The notes beneath the pieces are model-generated. The model was not told the DNA's origin and made no database searches. It saw only the letters and a program-made list of their open reading frames with translations. Below are positions 29,236-38,015 of a stretch of 64,000 bases of DNA, one piece after another. Position 1 is the first letter of the stretch, and every line of letters begins with the position of its first letter. The DNA comes from an uncultured Candidatus Saccharibacteria bacterium (GTDB taxonomy: Bacteria; Patescibacteriota; Minisyncoccia; Phycocordibacterales; GWA1-40-21), in NCBI GenBank assembly GCA_964567825.1, contig CAZMNX010000001.1, positions 34,775 to 98,774 of the forward strand, written 5' to 3'. The position numbers and the translations under genes are program-made.

Positions 29236-29305
29236 CTTTTCATTCTAAGCTTTCACTAAATATTCGCAAGTAGTTAAAAGTTGATAACTTTGCTATAATA
29301 TTTTC

Positions 29306-29722
29306 ATGCCTCACACCTTCAATATTTTCCCCGAATTATTTTCTTTTTCTCTAATTGCACCAAGTATTTTAAGGGTTATTTTGGGTTTGCTCTTTCTCAA
29401 CCTAGGCTCACTTAAGCTCGGAAAAGAGCGATCGGGATGGGTATCCTCGTTTAAGCTTTTAAATATTCACCCAGCCGGATTCTTCACTGGTCTACTGGGA
29501 ATTGTTGAAACAGTTGGTGGCTTTTTACTGATAATCGGTGCTTATACCCAGCTTACCGCTTTAATTTTGTTAATCATTTCAATCTGCGAACTAATGATCG
29601 AGTACCGAGAAGAATCAGTTCTCAAAAGAGATTTTGTTTTCTACTTACTACTAGCAACCATTTGTGTCTCACTTCTACTCACCGGTGCCGGTTTGTTTGC
29701 GGTGGATATTCCAATCCTATAA
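29306..29722 (+). CDS. DoxX family membrane protein
   Basis: Four TM; ILGLLFLNLGSLKL and ETVGGFLLIIG DoxX-like motifs. Confidence 0.55.
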   Translation: MPHTFNIFPELFSFSLIAPSILRVILGLLFLNLGSLKLGKERSGWVSSFKLLNIHPAGFFTGLLGIVETVGGFLLIIGAYTQLTALILLIISICELMIEYREESVLKRDFVFYLLLATICVSLLLTGAGLFAVDIPIL

Positions 29723-29761
29723 AAACGTAAAAGGTCCGGCGCGATGTGCTCGCGCCGGACC
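29721..29761 (-). terminator. rho-independent terminator of GC-rich cassette C
   Basis: GGTCCGGCGCG-ATGTGCT-CGCGCCGGACC perfect 11-bp stem, followed on the minus strand by TTTTACGTTTTT. Confidence 0.55.
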
Positions 29762-29785
29762 CCTCCCTAACCTCCACCCAGACTC

Positions 29786-30220
29786 TTACTCTGTCTGGTA
29801 TTCCTCGATGATTGTAATGAACGAATACCGCTTGACCCCATAGGCGTAACCACGCATGATGTCCCTCATCCCCCGATACTCTTCGCGATAGCCGAAGTTG
29901 AACGAGAAACGATTGTACCACCAATAGTAGTACCAGCCTTCAGTCTGCACGAACTCGCGCCAAGCCTGCGGGTTGAACTGGACGAGTTTTGCACTGTAGC
30001 CCCGCCCCGCTGAAGTTATTGCCACTCGCATAGGCCGAGTGTCAATTCGTGTCACCCACACCCAAGGGGCCGACACGTGCCATCCGCCTCGTTCTTGTAA
30101 CCACATCTTGCCATTGAACCAATTCCTGGCAAGGCCAACCTGAGTGAGGTCGGTGTAGTTCAGAAAAGACAGATAGAAAAGCAGGACAAAGGCCAGAACG
30201 GCCACAATCTTCCTTTTCAT
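29786..30220 (-). CDS. GC-rich cassette C gene 2: SPFH/band-7-like small membrane protein
   Basis: Start MKRKIVAVLAF is a TM helix; GWHVSAPWVWVTRIDTRPMRVAI and AKLVQFNPQ resemble the N-terminal half of an SPFH domain; the ATG overlaps the upstream stop (ATGA). Confidence 0.4.
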   Translation of the reverse strand: MKRKIVAVLAFVLLFYLSFLNYTDLTQVGLARNWFNGKMWLQERGGWHVSAPWVWVTRIDTRPMRVAITSAGRGYSAKLVQFNPQAWREFVQTEGWYYYWWYNRFSFNFGYREEYRGMRDIMRGYAYGVKRYSFITIIEEYQTE

Positions 30221-30768
30221 TTTCCACTTCCGACCGAGGCGGTAGGCACACCAGCCTGACTCGGCGCAAGCTCTTTGCCGACGATGAGAAACGGGCAATC
30301 CCGCCCAGCTTCACTGTCAAACGCGTAGCACCGAAGAATTTCCGCCAGGTCGTTACGGCTGTCTCCAGCCTTCCGACCATGCCAGCGCAGAAAAACGTCG
30401 AGGCCCTTCGGATCAAACTGCACAAGCTTGGCATTCAGTACCCGGCTGCTTATGCTGCCGACACCCCCACCACCCGACGACGTTCCGTTGAGCCCGCCAG
30501 TGATCTGCACCTGAATTGGGCGTAGATCGATCGCGTGCACGCTGTAATGGAACGGATTGCGGATGAAGTAGCCGGTGCGATCAAGATGCTCGATCTCTCC
30601 GGTGTACTTGTTGAAGGTGAACGGAAATTCGTAGTTGTCCACGAACGTCACGAACACGACCCGGAAGAACAGCAAAGCGATGAGCGCAACGCCCAACGAA
30701 ATGCCGCCCCAGACCAGGACGCCCGACAGGCTGATGCGAAAACGAAACTTGCTCGATGTATCATTCAT
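30217..30768 (-). CDS. GC-rich cassette C gene 1: SPFH/band-7-like small membrane protein
   Basis: Start MNDTSS preceded by SD AGAGG; TM helix; GYFIRNPFHYSVHAIDLRPIQVQI and NAKLVQFDPKG are stomatin/HflK-like. Confidence 0.4.
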   Translation of the reverse strand: MNDTSSKFRFRISLSGVLVWGGISLGVALIALLFFRVVFVTFVDNYEFPFTFNKYTGEIEHLDRTGYFIRNPFHYSVHAIDLRPIQVQITGGLNGTSSGGGGVGSISSRVLNAKLVQFDPKGLDVFLRWHGRKAGDSRNDLAEILRCYAFDSEAGRDCPFLIVGKELAPSQAGVPTASVGSGK

Positions 30769-30868
30769 CTCGAACCTCTTAGTTTTGACGAACACACAGA
30801 TCTCTTGGCGAAATACCAAGTTTAATCTCCGTCGCAAGGTTATCACACAATAGACTATTTGTCAACTG

Positions 30869-30941
30869 TCCGCCCAGTTGGAATCGAACCAACGACCTTC
30901 TCCTTAAAAGGGAGCTGCTCTACCAGCTGAGCTATGGGCGG
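30869..30941 (-). tRNA. tRNA-Lys (TTT)
   Basis: Acceptor CCGCCCA/TGGGCGG, D-arm GCTC-AGCTGGTA-GAGC, anticodon loop CTTTTAA, T-arm GTTGG-TTCGATT-CCAAC; the 3' end faces cassette C. Confidence 0.75.
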
Positions 30942-31008
30942 ATTGAAAAGAATATAACAAGAAAAAACCCAAATGTCCAATAATATTCCGACTATACAAT
31001 ATCAAAAA

Positions 31009-31052
31009 AGAGGCCGGTGGTGGGAATCGAACCCACACACCGCCTCCCATAT
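31009..31052 (-). terminator. tRNA T-arm-like hairpin plus T6: terminator of cassette D, or a tRNA 3' remnant
   Basis: On the minus strand GGCGGTGTGTGGG-TTCGATT-CCCACCACCGGCC is followed by TCTTTTTTGA. It has a T-loop-like TTCGATTCC, but no complementary 5' acceptor strand could be found. Confidence 0.4.
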
Positions 31053-31092
31053 TTGTTCTCCACCTCCAAACTAGATGTCTGTCGAGCCCCGT

Positions 31093-31947
31093 TCAGCCAA
31101 CGCCGACCATAACCTCCTGTGGCGGGAACGACGTCAGCATCCAACCCGCCCGGAGGCCAAGTGAGGACGTCTGCTCGCCATCGAGCATCTTCTCGACCAC
31201 CCCCGCCCAGAACAGATCGGCGGCCAAGTCACTGCGAGTTCGCGCGCGTTCCATGGCGACCAGAACCTTCCTGACGTAACCGATGGAGTGCGAAGCCACG
31301 AAGGCATTCATACCCGTCTTGTCGTTCATGAAGGGAATCTCGGCTTTGGCATCGTCCCGAATCTGAGACGAAACGTTCCAGAGTGCCCGCAGAGCTGGAT
31401 CATCGATCGTCGCCATTTCGGCTTCGCCCTCTTCGAGTGGCGAATCCACGTCAAACGAAGCTTCGGCCGCCGTTCCGCTGTCGCCCTTCAGAGCTGCAGT
31501 CACCTCATCCAGAAAGTTCGGATGGGGATTCTTCACGTCACCACCGAACTGACCGAATAGCCCGTCCTTCTTGGCGAACACCCGGAACCCAGAGCAGATC
31601 ACTCCCTGGTCGAAGATGCCGCGCATGGCCGGCAACTCGCGCAAAATGCATTCCCAAGCGAAACGCATCAGCAGGTTGCCGTCCTCCCTCGCCCGCTGCG
31701 CGCTCTGAATCCGCCTGCCGAACTCGCCGAGATTGGGCAGACTGATCAGGCCGCCGGACAGCGACTCCATCACTTTCTCGCGACCGTAATGGTAGAACGC
31801 CCGCCCCATGGGATCGGTCAGGACACCGATCTCCTCGTAACCCCCTGGGGCCTCTGTTCTATTGACAGTGCAGATCTCCGACGGGACGTGCCCGTTCAAA
31901 ATCTCACCCACCAAAACGAACGCCGACTTACTCTTGCTTGTGCTCAT
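31093..31947 (-). CDS. GC-rich cassette gene D: unknown protein, paralog of the 9425..10333 product
   Basis: About 60% GC; ATG at 31945-31947 preceded by GAAAGG; shares DPMGRAFYHYG and ADLFWAGVV..(n)..LGLRAGW motifs with cassette A. Confidence 0.5.
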   Translation of the reverse strand: MSTSKSKSAFVLVGEILNGHVPSEICTVNRTEAPGGYEEIGVLTDPMGRAFYHYGREKVMESLSGGLISLPNLGEFGRRIQSAQRAREDGNLLMRFAWECILRELPAMRGIFDQGVICSGFRVFAKKDGLFGQFGGDVKNPHPNFLDEVTAALKGDSGTAAEASFDVDSPLEEGEAEMATIDDPALRALWNVSSQIRDDAKAEIPFMNDKTGMNAFVASHSIGYVRKVLVAMERARTRSDLAADLFWAGVVEKMLDGEQTSSLGLRAGWMLTSFPPQEVMVGVG

Positions 31948-32050
31948 GGCACTGCCTTTCTGGTCCAATAATGTGGACCGATTGACTAACCAACAACCGA
32001 ACAGACATCAAAAAACTACTAAACCTAAAAAGGAGATTAGCACGAATAAT

Positions 32051-32692
32051 CTATTGTGTCAAAGCGGCATCAATCTGGGCTTTAAGAGTTTGCAGATCCG
32101 TAACCTCTACCCCATTTAAAAGCAAAAAGGGTGTGTAGTCCAAAGCCAAAGCCTTGGCATCATTCAAATCAGCCTGAATAAAATCAGCAAATTTCTTTTG
32201 ATCAATATCGGCTTTAAATTTTACAATGTCTAAACCAACAGTTTTAGCGTAACTCACAAAAAGAGCCGTCGGATCTTTTATCTCGGCCCAATCATTTTGA
32301 TTTTTGTAAAGTAATTCACTCATTTCCCAATATTTACCCTGAGCATTTGCCGCCTCAGCAGCTTCGGCTGAAGGAAAAGCATTAATGTGTTGAGATAATG
32401 GAAAATTACGATACACAAAATTAAAATTGGGGTTGGTTTTATAAGAATCGGCAATTTGTTTTACAAAAGGTGAAACCGTAGCACAGGCTGGACATTGAAA
32501 ATCACCAAACTCTACTAAGGTAACTTTCGCTGTTGTTGTACCAGTCATGTGGCTATTTGGTCTAACCAACAAACTAAGGTCGCGGGCCTTACCATCATTA
32601 GGCTTCGGAGCAAACCAAATAAAAGCTCCGAGTAAAACTACGCAGATAACGACAATGCCAACAATCATTTTTACTTCACTATTTATTTTCAT
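32051..32692 (-). CDS. DsbA-family thiol:disulfide oxidoreductase, N-terminal TM
   Basis: FGDFQCPAC CxxC active site in a thioredoxin-fold context. Confidence 0.7.
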   Translation of the reverse strand: MKINSEVKMIVGIVVICVVLLGAFIWFAPKPNDGKARDLSLLVRPNSHMTGTTTAKVTLVEFGDFQCPACATVSPFVKQIADSYKTNPNFNFVYRNFPLSQHINAFPSAEAAEAANAQGKYWEMSELLYKNQNDWAEIKDPTALFVSYAKTVGLDIVKFKADIDQKKFADFIQADLNDAKALALDYTPFLLLNGVEVTDLQTLKAQIDAALTQ

Positions 32693-33098
32693 ATTTTCGA
32701 TAAATTAAAGTTAAACCGACAATAATAAGTGAAGCAATTAAAGATAAAAATGGAATGGTAATAATGCCGAACAGTTGTAAATCAACATCTGTACAAGAGA
32801 TGCCGTCTCGGCAGGGAACAAAATTTTCAGGAATCACTCCCCAATACAATAAATTATGAAAAAGGGCGACCAGAGTGGCCAAGATAGACAAGGGTAAAAT
32901 GTAGCGATAAGCTTTGGCATCCTTATAAATAATCGCCACGGCACTGATTACAACTAATGGGTAAACTAAAATTCTTTGATACCAACACAAAATACACGGT
33001 GCCCAGCCCAAAACATCGCTAAAATACAAGCTGCCCAGGGTGGCTAATAAAGAAAGGGCAAAAATCGAATATAAGCTATATTTTTTAATAAAAATCAT
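32679..33098 (-). CDS. disulfide bond formation protein B-like (DsbB/BdbC)
   Basis: Four TM with Cys pairs (CILCWYQR and CRDGISC) in the loops; overlaps the dsbA-like gene start. Confidence 0.6.
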   Translation of the reverse strand: MIFIKKYSLYSIFALSLLATLGSLYFSDVLGWAPCILCWYQRILVYPLVVISAVAIIYKDAKAYRYILPLSILATLVALFHNLLYWGVIPENFVPCRDGISCTDVDLQLFGIITIPFLSLIASLIIVGLTLIYRKYENK

Positions 33099-33132
33099 AA
33101 CCTTTTGATTATAACAGGTTTGAAAGATATGG

Positions 33133-33858
33133 CTAGATTCTGGCCAAAAAGACTTTTTCCAAAATTTTATCTCTCAAAATTTCCTCGCCAACACCGGTAT
33201 GTACCAAAACACCCTTATCCAAAATATATGCCCGATCAGTAATTGCTAAAATAGACTTTATATTGTGCTCTACAATCACAATCGCCATTTTCCTCTTCTC
33301 GTTTATCTCCCTTATTTTTTCAAAAACTTCCTTAACGACTTTGGGCGCCAAACCGAGCGACGGTTCGTCTAATAAAAGTAATTTTGGATCAGTAATCAAA
33401 CCTCGAGCGATAGCCACCATCTGCTGTTGCCCGCCAGATAAATTTCCGGTTTTTTCATTTAACTTCGCTTTTAAATCTGGAAATAAAGCTAAAACCTCAG
33501 CCAATCTTTCTTTTAAAATATCACGGTCGTTTATCGTAATGCCCCCGAGTTCTAAATTTTCCTTCACGGTCAAATATCTAAACACTCTTCGGCCTTGAGG
33601 CACAAAAGAAATACCCATTTTTACCACCTCGTGTGAAATTGGTTTAATCACTTGCTCGTGCCAAGAAACCTTTCCCTGAGCGGTTTCCACCAAACCAAAG
33701 ATTACTTTCAAAACGGTAGACTTCCCCGCCCCATTTGGCCCCATCAAGGCCACAATTTCCCCCTCATCAAAAGACAGCGAAACATCTTTCAGAGCATGCA
33801 CCCCGCCAAAATTTACACTGATGTTTTCGAGCCGCAGTAGTTGTTCGTTATTCCGCAT
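33133..33858 (-). CDS. livF: branched-chain amino acid-type ABC transporter ATP-binding protein (LivF-like)
   Basis: GPNGAGKST Walker A, LSGGQQQM signature, LLLDEP Walker B; 241 aa. Confidence 0.75.
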   Translation of the reverse strand: MRNNEQLLRLENISVNFGGVHALKDVSLSFDEGEIVALMGPNGAGKSTVLKVIFGLVETAQGKVSWHEQVIKPISHEVVKMGISFVPQGRRVFRYLTVKENLELGGITINDRDILKERLAEVLALFPDLKAKLNEKTGNLSGGQQQMVAIARGLITDPKLLLLDEPSLGLAPKVVKEVFEKIREINEKRKMAIVIVEHNIKSILAITDRAYILDKGVLVHTGVGEEILRDKILEKVFLARI

Positions 33859-33863
33859 AATAC

Positions 33864-34634
33864 CTATATCTTAACTTGCTTTTCTTCTTCAACCAAGTCC
33901 CAGATCAAATCAAACTTTTGCTTTTCACTAAAAGCGATCTCTTTGCTTTCTATCATTAATACCACGAGCTCTTTGCCTCCACCAAAAATAATCACTCGAT
34001 CATCGTATATTAAAGTTGAGGTATTATGATTATATTTTGTCGGCAAATATTTTACCTCTCGCAATTCCTTCTCGTTATTCTCCTGGCCTACCCACTTTTT
34101 TGTTTTATCAAATAGATCATCAAAAAAAATCCCCCTCATAGAAATATTCATCTTAACCCGCCTAGGTAGATAATGATTTAAGTCGTACTCCTCACTTACG
34201 ACCTGATGTAATTCTTTTAATGACCCAATATAACGTAAAACTGCGCCGGGCGTCTTTAGGCTGTCCTCAGCTACCACCTTAAAGGCCTCCTTACCTTCAT
34301 ACAAAACTATCTTTGGTTGATAAGGTTTACTGCTAGCTAAGGCTTTAAACTGAGGCAATAAACTAGAAAGCTCTTTGAGTCTTCGCTCTTCTCTGGTGAA
34401 AAACATCTCGGGTTTGGTAGCAATAAAGTGCAGGCCGTCTCTCATTTTTAAACTACCCATCAAACCCCTTGCCTCCAATCCTTTAAATGTTAAATAGGCC
34501 GTAGAACGCTTGATTTTAGCCCTTTTGGCGATAGCGGACATGCCGGATTCACCCAGCTCAAGACTGGCCAAATACAAAGAGGCCTCTCTTTCTTCTAGGC
34601 CGTAATCCACTAATTTTTTAAATAATTCTTCCAT
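33864..34634 (-). CDS. TrmB-family transcriptional regulator (module 1)
   Basis: N-terminal winged HTH (GLEEREASLYLASLELGESGMSAIAKRAKIKRSTAYLTFKGLEARGLMGS) plus a C-terminal TrmB-type domain; divergent to the SBP gene. Confidence 0.65.
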   Translation of the reverse strand: MEELFKKLVDYGLEEREASLYLASLELGESGMSAIAKRAKIKRSTAYLTFKGLEARGLMGSLKMRDGLHFIATKPEMFFTREERRLKELSSLLPQFKALASSKPYQPKIVLYEGKEAFKVVAEDSLKTPGAVLRYIGSLKELHQVVSEEYDLNHYLPRRVKMNISMRGIFFDDLFDKTKKWVGQENNEKELREVKYLPTKYNHNTSTLIYDDRVIIFGGGKELVVLMIESKEIAFSEKQKFDLIWDLVEEEKQVKI

Positions 34635-34805
34635 TGTCGTTATTTATGACAACAGTATATCACAGCCAATTATGTTGTAAAGCCCTTTATCCACAGCCTA
34701 TTTTAGAAAGTTAAAAAGTTTACTTTTATCGTATAGTCATATTTCGTGACTTATTGACAATTTCTATTATAATTACAGAGTTATTTAATAGGATAATTTA
34801 AAGAC

Positions 34806-35861
34806 ATGAAAAACAAAATAATTATAAGTATAGTCGCCATTGCACTAATAGTCTTTGGTTTTACAATACAGAGCACAAGAACAGAGACAGCTCCGATAAA
34901 AATCGGTGTTATTCTCCCTCTAAGCGGAGATCTGTCTTTTATTGGCGAGCCGGCTAAGTATGGCGCGGAAATGGCTTTGGAAAATTTCAAAGACACTAAA
35001 CATAAATACGAGTTGGTCTTTGAGGACGATCAGTTTGATGGAAAAAAAGCCGTCACAGCTGCCCAAAAACTAATTTCGGTTGATAAAGTAAATGTCTTGG
35101 TGACCTTTGGTTCATCCGGTGGTAATTCGGTGAAACCACTAGCAGAAACAAATAAAATTCTGCACTTTACTGTCGCCTCGGATCAAAAGATCGCTGATGG
35201 TAAATATAATTTTAACCATTGGACTTCCCCAAAAGAAGAAGTCACCACCATGGTGGCTGAACTTATCAAAAACAATATTAAAACTGTAAGTATTTTGACA
35301 ATGAACCAAGACGGTATGATTTCCACAACCAATGAACTAAAGGAGCAATTAAAAAATACTAATATTCGAATAATTGATGACGAAAAATTTAATGTCGGGA
35401 CAAGAGACTTCAGAACTTTAGCTGCTAAAGTTAAGCTAAATCAACCTGAACAGATCATCATGGTAAACTACTCTCCTGAGCTTGAGATACTTGGTAGACA
35501 AATACGAGAAACTGGCATAAAGGTTCCCATGACGTCCTTCGAGGGCTTAGACGCCACCACCGATCCAAAATTATTTGCTGGCTCCTGGTATTCTACCGCC
35601 AGTGATGTGACAGAAGCCTTTAAAAATACATTCAAAGCTAAGTATAGTGTCGCCCCAATAGTAGGAACGGGTAATGTTCACGACGTTATATCTATGCTTA
35701 TTACAGCGACTGAAAATGTTCGAGGTTCGGTCACAACAGAAAAAATCGCTTCGGAACTATTAAAAATAAAAGACTTTGACGGTTCTATCGGTCGTATCTC
35801 CATGGATCAGAACGGTTCAGTTGTATCTAAGGCAGTCATAAAAACTGTGGTAGCCAAATAA
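34806..35861 (+). CDS. Liv-type (Peripla_BP_6) ABC substrate-binding protein (module 1)
   Basis: N-terminal TM/signal, then IKIGVILPLSGDLSFIGEPAKYGAEMALE, typical of LivJ/K-like SBPs. Confidence 0.7.
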   Translation: MKNKIIISIVAIALIVFGFTIQSTRTETAPIKIGVILPLSGDLSFIGEPAKYGAEMALENFKDTKHKYELVFEDDQFDGKKAVTAAQKLISVDKVNVLVTFGSSGGNSVKPLAETNKILHFTVASDQKIADGKYNFNHWTSPKEEVTTMVAELIKNNIKTVSILTMNQDGMISTTNELKEQLKNTNIRIIDDEKFNVGTRDFRTLAAKVKLNQPEQIIMVNYSPELEILGRQIRETGIKVPMTSFEGLDATTDPKLFAGSWYSTASDVTEAFKNTFKAKYSVAPIVGTGNVHDVISMLITATENVRGSVTTEKIASELLKIKDFDGSIGRISMDQNGSVVSKAVIKTVVAK

Positions 35862-35868
35862 GACACAG

Positions 35869-36672
35869 CTACTCCCGAAGCTCCCCATTCCCCCAGGCGA
35901 TCTCGAAGACCATTTTCATCATATCGTGAATGATTTGGTCTTCGATGATTACCCCGATAATATTTAGACCGCCAAGTTTTACAATTGAAACTTTATTTTT
36001 GCCATAAATAGTAATCTCGGCTTCATAAGGAAACTTTTCGGCTGGTATATAGCGTGCCTTGGGCCACAATTCTTTTTTTATATTCTCAAATACCTCTGGG
36101 CTGTAAGACCGATTCTCTGGTGTGTCAGGAAGAATCCCTCTGGTAGTAATATTCAAACGCTCCTTTGCTTTAATAAAAGCTTTCAACTGTATTGGGGTCA
36201 TAACATTTTTAAATTTATCAGCATTGGAAAAGGCCATCATCTCATAATTACCCTCTCGAGAAACTGCATCATTACAAATATTTAAAATAGTGTCTGGACC
36301 CTCGAAGAATAAAACTTTGGGACGATCGGCCATCAAAGAAAAGATTTCTTCAATATCCGGCAAGATTTTTTCGATTCTCTCTAAACTCGACTTAGCCATT
36401 TCAATTCGACTATTGGAATACTGGGCAAGTTTATGTGGTTTATCGATTTGATAAAATATTTTATTTCTTTTTTCTACTTCATTAACCAAACCTCGAACCG
36501 ATAGTGTGGCCAAAACATTATAAGTCGTGGCCCGCTTTAGGCCACAGTATTCAGCGATTCTGGAAGGATAGGCCCCACCGAGCTCAAGCAAGGACACATA
36601 AACCAAAGCTTCTTTGTCTGTAAAACCTGTACTTTCGAGTTTTTTAACTAGAGATTGATTCTTTATTTGCAT
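35869..36672 (-). CDS. TrmB-family transcriptional regulator (module 2)
   Basis: GFTDKEALVYVSLLELGGAYPSRIAEYCGLKRATTYNVLATLSVRGLV wHTH. Confidence 0.65.
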   Translation of the reverse strand: MQIKNQSLVKKLESTGFTDKEALVYVSLLELGGAYPSRIAEYCGLKRATTYNVLATLSVRGLVNEVEKRNKIFYQIDKPHKLAQYSNSRIEMAKSSLERIEKILPDIEEIFSLMADRPKVLFFEGPDTILNICNDAVSREGNYEMMAFSNADKFKNVMTPIQLKAFIKAKERLNITTRGILPDTPENRSYSPEVFENIKKELWPKARYIPAEKFPYEAEITIYGKNKVSIVKLGGLNIIGVIIEDQIIHDMMKMVFEIAWGNGELRE

Positions 36673-36888
36673 ATAAACAGTATATCAGGTGCCAAATTTA
36701 TTGTCAAACTAAACCGACAAAATAACCCACCTAGGCCTAAATCCTATTAAAATAAAGCTATTTTAGCCTTATTTGTCATTTGCTTCACCTAAAGTATTGA
36801 CAACCGTGTATACTTGTATCAGAACAAGCACGTTGAAATTTCGGTCAAAACAGGCTTATTAATTTAAAAATTAACATTTAAAACATTT

Positions 36889-37977
36889 ATGAAAAAATAT
36901 CTTGGAATTATATTAGCAATTATTGTCGTCATCGTCGGTATCCTAATCTTTAGTCAAAAAGAAACTAAATCACAAACGAGCGAGAAGCAAACGGTAAAAA
37001 TCGGTTTGAGTCTTCCCCTCTCTGGTGGTGTCGCCTTTCTCGGTGAACCAGCTAAGAAAGCAGCCGAGCTGGCCTTGAAGGATGCCGGCAAGACGAAATA
37101 CAATTATGAATTAGTTTTCGAAGACGATCAGTTCAGTCCAAAAATTGCCGCGAGCACAGCAAGTAAACTCATCAACGTGGACAAAGTTTTGGCGATAATC
37201 GAATTCGGTTCTGGTACCGGTAATGCTATCAATAGCATTGCAGAAAAGGGACAGACAGTTGAATTCGCTCTTGCCTCTGATCCAACGGTCGCTAAAGGAG
37301 TGTACAACTACGTTCACTGGACTCCGCCATTCAAGGAGGGACAATTACTGGCACAGGAGTTGATCCAGAGAGGATACAAAAAAGTATCAATTATTGATAC
37401 CAATCATCCCGGTCCTTTAGCGGTTACTGATGCAGTAAAAGAATTTGTAAAAGGTTCTGGTGTAGAGATTGTTTCTTATGATCTAACAAATATTGGAGAG
37501 AAAGATTTTAAAACAATTATTACTAAAATAAAGAAAGCTAACCCAGACATTGTTATTTTAGAGATGTTCTCACCAGAAATTGAAATCGCCGCTCGTCAAA
37601 TGAAAGAGTTGGGTGTAAATATACCCGTTACGTCAGTCGAGACATTTGAATGGAGCAGCAATCCGGAATTGTTTGAAGGTTCCTGGTTCGTCTCAGATTC
37701 AATCGTGCCGAACTTTACCGCTAAGTTTAAGTCAGCTTACGGCACCGATCCACAAGCCGGCTCATCTTACGTCTACGACTTGGTCAGCCTACTCATCAAG
37801 CTTCAAGAGAAATCGGACACCGTGATCGCGCCTAAAGATCTACCGGCGGCCATCACCCAAATGGGTGACTGGAATTCTCCGGTCTTTGGACAGGTAAAGA
37901 TCGACAGTGAAGGTTTCTTCATCACCGAACCATCGGTCAAAATGATCAAGGATGGCAAGGTTATCTCGGCCCAATAA
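36889..37977 (+). CDS. Liv-type ABC substrate-binding protein (module 2)
   Basis: VKIGLSLPLSGGVAFLGEPAKKAAELALKD. Confidence 0.7.
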   Translation: MKKYLGIILAIIVVIVGILIFSQKETKSQTSEKQTVKIGLSLPLSGGVAFLGEPAKKAAELALKDAGKTKYNYELVFEDDQFSPKIAASTASKLINVDKVLAIIEFGSGTGNAINSIAEKGQTVEFALASDPTVAKGVYNYVHWTPPFKEGQLLAQELIQRGYKKVSIIDTNHPGPLAVTDAVKEFVKGSGVEIVSYDLTNIGEKDFKTIITKIKKANPDIVILEMFSPEIEIAARQMKELGVNIPVTSVETFEWSSNPELFEGSWFVSDSIVPNFTAKFKSAYGTDPQAGSSYVYDLVSLLIKLQEKSDTVIAPKDLPAAITQMGDWNSPVFGQVKIDSEGFFITEPSVKMIKDGKVISAQ

Positions 37978-37983
37978 GCCAAC

Positions 37984-38014
37984 AAAAAACCACCCGCATC
38001 ATGGGTGGTTTTTT
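37984..38014. terminator. bidirectional rho-independent terminator (AAAAAACCACCC-GCATCAT-GGGTGGTTTTTTG)
   Basis: Perfect 8-bp stem flanked by A6 and T6, between the convergent SBP2 and livG genes. Confidence 0.7.
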
Positions 38015-38015
38015 G

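Noticed and set aside
31000-31092. A complete tRNA (or a tmRNA 5'/3' piece) at 31.0-31.09 kb
   Set aside because: The T-arm and a 3' acceptor strand are present, but no 5' acceptor strand complementary to CACCGGC exists within 120 nt. The GGGGCTCGAC resemblance to a tmRNA 5' end is too short and unpaired. It is kept only as a terminator / tRNA-remnant candidate.
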